A stretch of DNA of 64,000 nt from Lepidodermella squamata (taxonomy: Eukaryota; Animalia; Gastrotricha): assembly GCA_047495785.1 (NCBI GenBank), contig JBLDXI010000110.1, positions 9,451 to 73,450 of the forward strand. The letters are read 5' to 3'. Positions 50,540-58,879 of this stretch are shown piece by piece. The notes beneath the pieces are model-generated. The model was not told where the DNA came from, ran no database searches, and was given only the letters and a program-made list of their open reading frames with translations. The position numbers and the translations under genes are program-made. The first letter of the stretch is position 1, and each line of letters opens with the position of its first letter.

Positions 50540-51261
50540 TGAGACTTGTAGTAATCGCGGGGAACAACTCGGCTCGGTCAGGGTACGGATCGTCGGTCCT
50601 GGTGTCGACCCACTCTCTGCTGTGATCTCACGAAACGCCCCTGAATCTACCCTTCTACACTTTTCCATCCGCTGGAGATTACGCGTGTGCTTGCGTTCCT
50701 CAGCTAGGGCTGCTAGTTCCTTGAAAAGAGCGTAGAACGCATCCGCCCTGGATCGATACTCAAGATTTCCCGTCGTAGAACGGTACTGGAGCAACGCTCT
50801 ATGTCGGTGCTCGACCAACGCAGCCATCTGCGGAGTCGAACTATACTTCTTCAACTGCATCGCTAAAACTATTGGAACTGCCCTATCTCTGGACTCCTGG
50901 ATGGCCTTGCAGATCTCACAAATGAACCTTGCTACCTCTTCTTTGCGTGCGCTATCGTAGGCTGCTGACTCTTCAGCAGCTTATTTTCAAAACGGTCTGA
51001 TAGAACCTTTCGTTGTTCATCTTTGTAAGGGTGAATAACCTTTGCCCTCGGCCGTCGCCATGTGAACGCGTGCGGCCTGAGTCACACTGGGGCGGCGCCC
51101 GCTGCGCCCGGCGACACGCGCCCAGTGGGCCTTTATTAACCCTGACCAAACGTCAGTTGGGTGGATTTGCATTCGCAATAAACTAGCTATTGGAAGAACC
51201 ACGCCTTATTGTTATAATAAAGAGTATCATCTCGGTCGTTATTTACTAGAGTACCGTCTCA
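50540..51261 (+). repeat. 5' LTR of the Gypsy element (722 bp)
   Basis: TGAGAC...GTCTCA inverted termini; AATAAA at about 51177 and 51216; followed by a TGG-initiated PBS-like sequence. No second LTR in the window to confirm. Confidence 0.65.
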
Positions 51262-51262
51262 T

Positions 51263-51277
51263 TGGCGCCGAGACCTG
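51263..51277 (+). promoter_or_regulatory. Putative primer-binding site
   Basis: TGGCGCCGAGACCTG, 1 nt after the LTR CA; tRNA not firmly assigned (Phe/His-like). Confidence 0.55.
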
Positions 51278-51592
51278 TAGCTTAAACTTGTAGTGAAAAC
51301 ATCATTCGTGTCAGCACTCGATCGAGCGAACAATCGAACGGCTAATCGCGGTCAAGCTGCAAAGCGGTCTCAGCAACTTTTAAACAGTGTTGTTAACTCT
51401 AGGGTCGACTCGAATCCATTTGGATTTTATTTATCTTAATAATTTTTCTTATTTTCAAATTGTCAGAGTGCACCGCGTGCAATCCCGCCGTGCGATTGGC
51501 ATTACAATTGTTTGTTTGTTTTTGTTTTTCAAAAATCACCGTAGCACATCCACACACCCCATTCATATAAGCCAAAATCACCGTAACCCACG

Positions 51593-53017
51593 ATGTCATC
51601 GCGCAGGAGCCGTAAATCAATGTTCGACGCGGTTACTTTGGATTTGCGCCACATTAATAGCATTCCGTTCAATCGCAACAACCACACAATGGCAGGTTAT
51701 ATTAGGTCAGAGAACCTTCGGTTTAACGCGGCCAACTTGCAGGGCCACGAAAGAGGCACGCTGCTTAGGATGGGTCTGACTAGCGGGGGTTTGGGCGATC
51801 TTTTCCAGGCATGTGAGGACGAACTAGCAACCAGCCTGAGTTGGGAAACTCTAACAAACCTTTTGATAAAGAAATACGACGGCGAAATCCACACCCACCA
51901 GGCAAAACAGTTGCTTAACAACTGCTCACAGGGTAACAGGCCCATGTGGGAGTTCATAGCAGAAATGAATAAATACGCGGAGATTGCGTGCCCAGGGGAG
52001 GACGCGAGAGCGATCGAAATTAGGGAAGGGGCGGTTATGCAGCAGCTCGTGCAAGGCATGACTAACAGGCGTCTGGCCCAGGAAATCAGCAAGAAGCAAG
52101 GGCATAATAAATTGACGAAAATGAGCGAGGTCCTTAAGTGGATCGAAGAAGAGAACGCGGCAGCCTCAAGATTGGCGGCAACGGCACAGCCAGCCATGGT
52201 AAACGCCGTAGAAACCACGAAAATCGCAGAACAAGAAGCTTTCGCGTTGGGGTATCAAGAAGCCCTGAAGCAATTCCAACTCCAACAGCATTTCCAGGCA
52301 CCAGTAGAGACGCTTCAAGCCCCTACACCTCAGCCACAGATGAACGTAGGGTACAGCCACACCTCCAGTTTCATCCCAAGATACGAGGCCACACCTTTCA
52401 CAGGGAATCAGCAAGCGGAGACGCCAAGACTACAGCCGGTAGAGACTCCGAGACCCTCAGCGAGACTCACGTCATCAACGACCACGATAAACGCGGTAAG
52501 TAGGAGTGAGCCCGACCTCCCAAAATCAGTCCTAGAACGATTTGCAGCGCAGGACAAAAAGTTCGAAGATCTGCAAGACGTGCTGGAGAAGTTAATCAGG
52601 GTGGTACAGCCCATTGCAGCATCTTCGCCAATGCCGGGAGCGCCAGGGGGAGGATTGCTCCGCAGTAGATCCCCAGCCCCTCGGGAGAACTGGAGCAACG
52701 AATCATCGAACAGAGCACCGGGCGTAACCGGAATCACGAACGCACCCGTGAAAGCGGCGCTAACCAGGCCGGGAGATCAATCGATCAGGAACATCGGCGA
52801 CAGCCTCCGAAGGATCTCATTCTCGCCGAATCGCAACCAGCGCAGCGTATCACGGGACCGCAGCCAGAACAGGGGTTGCAGAACTTGTGGCTCAGGAACC
52901 CACAGAGAGCAATGGTGCCCGCAGACACACGAAGGATTGAACGAAGTCAGTTGCTTCGGATGTGGAGCTGACGACCATCTGTCGTCATCATCATCCTGCC
53001 CACGAAAAAACCAGTAA
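51593..53017 (+). CDS. gag: Gag polyprotein
   Basis: LSWETLTNLLIKKY..CSQGNRPMWEFIAEM; knuckles CRTCGSGTHREQWC and CFGCGADDHLSSSSSC. Confidence 0.9.
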   Translation: MSSRRSRKSMFDAVTLDLRHINSIPFNRNNHTMAGYIRSENLRFNAANLQGHERGTLLRMGLTSGGLGDLFQACEDELATSLSWETLTNLLIKKYDGEIHTHQAKQLLNNCSQGNRPMWEFIAEMNKYAEIACPGEDARAIEIREGAVMQQLVQGMTNRRLAQEISKKQGHNKLTKMSEVLKWIEEENAAASRLAATAQPAMVNAVETTKIAEQEAFALGYQEALKQFQLQQHFQAPVETLQAPTPQPQMNVGYSHTSSFIPRYEATPFTGNQQAETPRLQPVETPRPSARLTSSTTTINAVSRSEPDLPKSVLERFAAQDKKFEDLQDVLEKLIRVVQPIAASSPMPGAPGGGLLRSRSPAPRENWSNESSNRAPGVTGITNAPVKAALTRPGDQSIRNIGDSLRRISFSPNRNQRSVSRDRSQNRGCRTCGSGTHREQWCPQTHEGLNEVSCFGCGADDHLSSSSSCPRKNQ

Positions 53018-53055
53018 ACAGCAGACGGAAGGCGAGCGACACCGCACCCGTCTGC
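53005..53055 (+). promoter_or_regulatory. -1 ribosomal frameshift signal
   Basis: A-AAA-AAC in gag frame (53005-53011), 9-nt spacer, stem GCAGACGG/CCGTCTGC; the -1 frame is open into the protease. Confidence 0.85.
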
Positions 53056-53118
53056 GTAGTTAGGGAAAACGGACAGCAAAGAGAATTAGATGAAAATAAC
53101 TTAGTTAGTGCGAAACGA

Positions 53119-54909
53119 ATGCTGTCCGCTACCGTTGAATTCCGTCGCGGCAAAAACGTTGAGATCGCGTCAGCGTTAATTGACACAGGGGCCGCAGTCA
53201 CTATCATGAACAAAACAATTTTCAGTAAATTAGGGGGCCAGCTGGAACAGCAAAATTCGAGATTGGCCGGTATAGGCGGCAATGAATTAAAAACAGTTGG
53301 CCGCAGCAATCAAAGATTCCACCTCAGCAACCTACCGTTTACATTTGATTTCGTCGTAGTCGAAGGAATTGGCCATGAGATCGTTATCGGGTTAGATTTC
53401 TTAGTGGCACACCGTTGTCTCATCGATTTGGACGACGGCATGTTAATATTTCGAATCGGTTCGCAGCATTGGAGTGTCAGATTACCTAGAGTCGAAGAAA
53501 AAAGGATCTTACACGATGACGAATACTTCAGCAAAAACCAACCTTCCGCGCTCCCGTTCTTACACTACCATGCAGAAAGTTGGCATAACACCAGAGATGA
53601 TATTTCCGATGATGAAGGTTTCGAAGAAGATGAGAGAAAGTTCGTCCCCATTCCCGATGATAAGCAACTCAACGAAGAAGAAACAGCGGAGAAGGTCAGC
53701 AAATTCATATCAGATCCGGGATTCGCTGAGGGCCTGGAAAAAGAGGGCGACAAAGAAAGTATGCGCAACGTAGTGAAGGACTTCAAGGATTGCTTCTCTT
53801 GGGATGGGCGAGTCCGGCAAACACACCTCAGAGAGTATAAGATCAAACTCACGAATGAGACGCCGTTCAAAGCCAAACCGCGGCGAAAGCCTCAGAAGCA
53901 TCAGGACCTCGAGGATGAGTACGTCGAGAAAATGTTAAAGGCGGGGGTGATCGAGGAATCCGAAGCTGCGTGGTGTACACACATGGTGTTGGTCCGAAAG
54001 AAGGGAACCAACGAACTTCGCCCAACCATGGACTACCGCGGAGTTATCAAGCAGACAGAAGATGAGATGAGCGTGATGCCTAACACAACGGAAATACTTG
54101 AAATGGCCGCAGGGCATAAATTCTATGCAGTACTAGATTTGCACAGCGCGTACTGGTCTATTCCGATCAACGATGAACTGACAAAAAACATCACAACGTT
54201 CAAAACAAGGGCAGGATGCTTTCGGTTCCGGGTTTTACCATTTGGCCTTAAGGCCGCGCCGAACGAATTTACAAGACTAATGAACCAAGTTCTCCGAGGT
54301 TTAGTTTGGAAAATTTGCGGCCTACTAATCGATGATTGCCTGGTCTGGGCCGATTCGATAGAACAGCTAGAAAGGAGAATCCGCAGAGTCATGCAAAGGA
54401 TCCGAGAAGCGAACTTGTGGCTCAAGCCAGAAAAGTGCCACTTTGGAGTGACTGAAGCTGAGTTCCTAGGTTTTGAAGTGTCCGAGAGCGGTATCCACGC
54501 AACCCCCGATAAACTCGAGTCATTGCGTAATTACGAGAAGCCGAAGACGGCTAAGCAGCTCAGAGCGTTCAACGGATTAGCAAGTTTTTTGAGAAGCCAT
54601 GTACCCAATCTTGGCGAAGTCATGGCACCGTTAACAAGCGCAGCCACGGGCAAGGGGTACTTGCAGTGGACGGAGGCGATGGACGACGCATTCGACGAAG
54701 TTCGTAACTTGTTCATGAGCCCGCCAGTACTCGCGGCACCAGACTTGAACAAAAAGTTCGTCGTGTACACAGACGCGTCACAAATCGGAATCGGGGCAAT
54801 GTTGTGTCAAGAGCAGCAAGGGAAGATGAGACTGATAGCCGCAGCGAGCCGCGTATTGACACCAACGGAGAGAAGATACGGAGAGAAGATACGCAACTAT
54901 CGAAAGTGA
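53119..54909 (+). CDS. pol: Pol part 1: protease, RT, RNase H N-terminus (frame begins at the slip site; broken by a 13-bp duplication)
   Basis: ALIDTGA; LRPTMDYR; LDLHSAYW; LPFGL; LLIDD; YTDAS. Confidence 0.95.
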   Translation: MLSATVEFRRGKNVEIASALIDTGAAVTIMNKTIFSKLGGQLEQQNSRLAGIGGNELKTVGRSNQRFHLSNLPFTFDFVVVEGIGHEIVIGLDFLVAHRCLIDLDDGMLIFRIGSQHWSVRLPRVEEKRILHDDEYFSKNQPSALPFLHYHAESWHNTRDDISDDEGFEEDERKFVPIPDDKQLNEEETAEKVSKFISDPGFAEGLEKEGDKESMRNVVKDFKDCFSWDGRVRQTHLREYKIKLTNETPFKAKPRRKPQKHQDLEDEYVEKMLKAGVIEESEAAWCTHMVLVRKKGTNELRPTMDYRGVIKQTEDEMSVMPNTTEILEMAAGHKFYAVLDLHSAYWSIPINDELTKNITTFKTRAGCFRFRVLPFGLKAAPNEFTRLMNQVLRGLVWKICGLLIDDCLVWADSIEQLERRIRRVMQRIREANLWLKPEKCHFGVTEAEFLGFEVSESGIHATPDKLESLRNYEKPKTAKQLRAFNGLASFLRSHVPNLGEVMAPLTSAATGKGYLQWTEAMDDAFDEVRNLFMSPPVLAAPDLNKKFVVYTDASQIGIGAMLCQEQQGKMRLIAAASRVLTPTERRYGEKIRNYRK

Positions 54910-54997
54910 AGCGTTAGCTTCATGGTGGGCAATCACACAGAAGTTCCGGTGTTACCTGTTAGGGCGGAGCTTCCAGCTTCGAACGGACCACAAACCG

Positions 54998-56878
54998 TTG
55001 GTGTGGATGAACTCGATGAAAACGCCCGGTCAACGGTTGTGGCGATGGATCCACGAGCTCCAGGAGTATGAGTTCGACCTGGTCCATGTACCGGGAGTGA
55101 ACCAGTATGCCGATGCCCTCACCAGAAACTTCCCGTCGGTAGCAAGGAACGTAGAAACCATCAACGTCATCCAGCTCACGAACCTGACATGGTCTAACGA
55201 AGAGATTCGGAAGGCCCAGGAAGCGGATGAGGAGCTAGAACCGCTGCGCAGGAAATCCTGGAAAACAAAAGCCAAAACTGAGAAAGTGGAAAATGAAATC
55301 GAAGGTTCCACAGGGAAGAAGAAAGGTATCAGACTGCTGGACAAAGAGGAAAGGCAGGGAATTGCGTGGAGAAATAGGGAGTCAATCAAGCCTAACGCCG
55401 ACCAGGGAAACATCCTTCGCATCAAGTTGGCCCAAGGCGAAGATGCCCTGGTAGTCCCGCAGCTAATGCGTTCGACGATTTTGAAACATGCTCACGACGA
55501 AGCAGGGGGCGCGCACCTAGGGTGGAGAAGAACTTGGCACAGGATCAGAGCTGCCTACTGGTGGCCAGGGATGATCGGTGACATAAAGGCGTACTGCCAA
55601 GGGTGTAAAGCGTGCCAGTTGCGAAAAGCCAGCACGGTAGTAACACGGGGGCCGCTTCAGCATCTGAGAGCCACCCGGTTCAACGAGCTTATCTCGATCG
55701 ATTTCGTCGGTCCGGTGCCAGTATCGGATGGGTGTAGATACATCCTGACGATAGTGGATCACGCCACCAACTGGGCGGCAGCCTATCCAATGAGAAGGAT
55801 AACGGCACAGGAAACCGCTCGGAAACTGCTTCGGTGGTTCGGGGACAATGGGGTGCCGGAAAGGGTCCATTCTGACAATGGAACCCAATTCGAAAAAACA
55901 CTGCTAAGAGCATTGTGTAAGGCCCTGGGAGTATCAAAAACCCACACGACAACGTGGAACCCCAGCGGAAACCCCTATGACGAACGATTTAACCGCGTGT
56001 TGGGCGACATGCTAGCGACAATTGCCAAAAAATACAAGAAGAGTTGGTCGTGGTACCTACCATTGATCATGCTAGCGTATCGCACCACGCCGCACGCAAG
56101 CACGAACAAAACACCTTTCGAGCTGAAACACGGCTACCGAGCAAACGAGCCGGTGTTCACCCTGGGCCCGACGGCCGAGAACAAGGCACCTCATGTCGTG
56201 GACGAGAACGCCGTCGCTGAATGGCGCGAGAAGTTGATGACACTGCAAAAAGACGCGCTTGAAGCTCGGGTGAAAGCGGATGCGGCAAACAAACGCCGAA
56301 AGGATAAGAATTGCTTGACGAAGAACCCATTCAAGGTCGGAGACAAGGTGAGGTACAGCCTTGCGGTGAAAGAAGGAGGCAAGTGGGGAAATCGCTGCGA
56401 GGGTCCGTTCGAAGTGGTAAGGGTGGTGAACGACAACCTGGTCATGATGACGAACGGCAAAGAAATCGAGGCTTGCAATATCGAAAAACTCACCAAGTGG
56501 CACGAGCAGCCCGGGTTCCTTGTCGCGGCAGACCAACCGGAAGCAGCGAACACAGCGCCAAGAGTAGCGAGCATCCCGAAAGCACCCGAGGAGGCGGTAC
56601 CACCGATGAGTCTCGAAGACCCACCAGAGCCCAACTCAAGGGCAGGCCAAGCGAAGACTGGGTCGAATGCGACTAAGTCCAGCGAGAAATCTGAAATGAG
56701 CGAAGTGCCTGAAAAAGGGGCGAAAAAGAAGGGAACTGACGAACCAAAATTGGCTACGCGCCAATCCAGGCGAAAAATCACTCCGTCGACCAAAATAGGC
56801 GGCGATTTCGTGAATGAGGCCGAGTGGAAACCAGAACCAGGTCAAAGGGCCACAAGGGCCCGGGCCAAGTCACGTTGA
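54998..56878 (+). CDS. pol: Pol part 2: RNase H C-terminus and integrase (frame continues from 54894)
   Basis: RTDHKPL upstream; HHCC (HD..AHLG..CKAC); D (SIDF), D (SDNG), E (DERFN); EGPF. Confidence 0.95.
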   Translation: MVWMNSMKTPGQRLWRWIHELQEYEFDLVHVPGVNQYADALTRNFPSVARNVETINVIQLTNLTWSNEEIRKAQEADEELEPLRRKSWKTKAKTEKVENEIEGSTGKKKGIRLLDKEERQGIAWRNRESIKPNADQGNILRIKLAQGEDALVVPQLMRSTILKHAHDEAGGAHLGWRRTWHRIRAAYWWPGMIGDIKAYCQGCKACQLRKASTVVTRGPLQHLRATRFNELISIDFVGPVPVSDGCRYILTIVDHATNWAAAYPMRRITAQETARKLLRWFGDNGVPERVHSDNGTQFEKTLLRALCKALGVSKTHTTTWNPSGNPYDERFNRVLGDMLATIAKKYKKSWSWYLPLIMLAYRTTPHASTNKTPFELKHGYRANEPVFTLGPTAENKAPHVVDENAVAEWREKLMTLQKDALEARVKADAANKRRKDKNCLTKNPFKVGDKVRYSLAVKEGGKWGNRCEGPFEVVRVVNDNLVMMTNGKEIEACNIEKLTKWHEQPGFLVAADQPEAANTAPRVASIPKAPEEAVPPMSLEDPPEPNSRAGQAKTGSNATKSSEKSEMSEVPEKGAKKKGTDEPKLATRQSRRKITPSTKIGGDFVNEAEWKPEPGQRATRARAKSR

Positions 56879-56910
56879 AGTCACGTTGAAGTCACGTTGA
56901 AGTCACGTTG
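56867..56910 (+). repeat. (AAGTCACGTTG)x4 overlapping the pol stop
   Basis: Read directly; mirrored at 58848-58891. Confidence 0.95.
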
Positions 56911-57060
56911 AACGTGGGCAAAGCATGCCTGTTACGCTCGGTTGAGCATGTACATATGTATTAATAATCTATGTGTAATAAATAAATAAAATTGTAAATA
57001 CGAAATAGCATGGATGAAACACTGGCGTGCCTGGTAGAGGTTGACCACGCGTACGTTCAG

Positions 57061-57066
57061 TATAAA
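57061..57066 (+). promoter_or_regulatory. TATA box of the putative accessory gene
   Basis: TATAAA 83 nt before ATG 57144 and downstream of the AATAAA cluster at 56977-56990. Confidence 0.5.
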
Positions 57067-57143
57067 GCCGGCAACCTCAACAGAAAGAACAAACAAAAAC
57101 AATTAATCCTAAATTTCTTGAAATTCTCTTTTTTTTCACCAAC

Positions 57144-57771
57144 ATGAGCTCTGATGAGGAAATGATCCTCCTCGACGATGATCTCATCGACTTACGCGAC
57201 ACAATGAACCCGCCGACGTACGCTCCGGCACCGCAAGTACCGCCAACCAGGCAGCAGCCGGCCGAACCCAACGCAGAAACAATTAGGCGGATGCTGGAGG
57301 CGGTCAACCGTTTCTCAACGACAGTGGAGGCGGCCGTGGCTGCAACCAGGACGGCGCAGGAGGAGGCCCGGGCGGCAACCCGGCGGGCACAGGCTAATGA
57401 AGAGCGGCGCTCGAGCGGCGGTCCGGAGGGCGGAGGCCAACGAAGCCAGGCGGCAGCGGCGACAGTGGCTGGCAGAAGCGAGGCCGGCTGGGGTGGCTAG
57501 GCAGCGACCGTTGGAGCAGGGCTCGAGGCGGTGGGCGGCGCAGGCAGATCGCATCCTCGAAAATCTGCCACCCGGGCTAAGGCCAGGAGCGGCCCAATTC
57601 TTCGCCGAGGCAGGCCTCTCGGGCAGTGAGGGCGTCCACTGGAGGCAGCCGACAGCGTACCCGACCAGCCACTGGGTGTTTGAAGGGTGCCGAAGCTTCG
57701 ACAGCGGCTGGCGGGGCAACTGGCATCGGCGAGGCAACGGAGGCCGCGGACGAGGAGCCGGATGCTGCTAG
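57144..57771 (+). CDS. Accessory ORF3 (about 209 aa; coiled coil + RG-rich tail), one frameshift near 57405
   Basis: ACCAACATG context; GC-rich; repeated ARAA(T/V)RRA(Q/E)ANE units straddle the two frames; AATAAA at 57888. Confidence 0.6.
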
Positions 57772-58879
57772 GCTGAAAGCGACTGTCGAGGAGTGAGCAG
57801 AGCGATGGGCGGCGAGACGGCGGGCCGCGAATAATAACTTTCAATGTTAATTATTAAAATCAATATGTGATAAATCTAAAATGTGTAAATAAAAACTAAT
57901 GTATATTTTGTGTCGTGTCTGATTGAAGTACTTAGCAACGGCGACTGTGTGAGAGCGCTAGCTTGATGATTATAAAAGCAGTGTCTTCCTACCTGCATTC
58001 CGCAAACACCTGTCTCAGGTCTTCCAGCGCGAACTTCCTGCTCACTGTCGTCGGCTAGGTTTACTAATATATTCTGAGATTATGCGAAGCGCATCGTCCT
58101 GAGCGAGCCTCCCTATAATTATCTCTAGCCTCTTGTTGATTGCTAATTATAACCGCTCTTAATAGAATACCTTCTATGAGTGTGATTGCAAGGGTGATGA
58201 TGGGTGAAGAGATTAGAGGTGTATGCATTGACTCGATGGTCCCACTCATTAGTATGCCTGCTAGGAGTGATGTGTCGAGATTTATATTGCCAGTAGCATG
58301 CTCAGATATTTTTTTTTCTGTCGATAGTTTTTGCACCACGCCGTGACGATTACTGAATAATAGCGGTCCTGCTAACAGTATGTGAATGGTGTGGGGTAGA
58401 AATAACGTTTTTATGTTACTATGTTCGAACTGTCCGCTGTTTACGAGGTTTTTTTTCTTTATCAGTCAGATTTTTTTCCTCCGAAGCAAGCCCTACTTGT
58501 GATATATAGTATGTAGCGGCAAGCTGGATTCGTCCTTACTAAGTTTAACCAAGGCTGTAGAAGCCAGGTCCTATTCATTATATGATAGTGGTGTCGCATT
58601 ATATGTCGCGTTTCTTTGGTGAAAAAAAAGAGAATTTCAAGAAATTTAGGATTAATTGTTTTTGTTTGTTCTTTCTGTTGAGGTTGCCGGCTTTATACTG
58701 AACGTACGCGTGGTCAACCTCTACCAGGCACGCCAGTGTTTCATCCATGCTATTTCGTATTTACAATTTTATTTATTTATTACACATAGATTATTAATAC
58801 ATATGTACATGCTCAACCGAGCGTAACAGGCATGCTTTGCCCACGTTCAACGTGACTTCAACGTGACTTCAACGTGACT

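Larger units (their letters stand above)
50540..58020 (+). mobile_element. Ty3/Gypsy LTR retrotransposon with an extra 3' gene and no 3' LTR
   Basis: LTR-PBS-gag-PR-RT-RH-IN order. Confidence 0.9.

Noticed and set aside
57144-57771. ORF3 as an env gene
   Set aside because: No signal peptide, furin site or TM anchor; too short.
57945-58017. Short TG..GTCTCA segment as the 3' LTR
   Set aside because: Only the terminal hexamer matches; no similarity to 50540-51261 and no polypurine tract.
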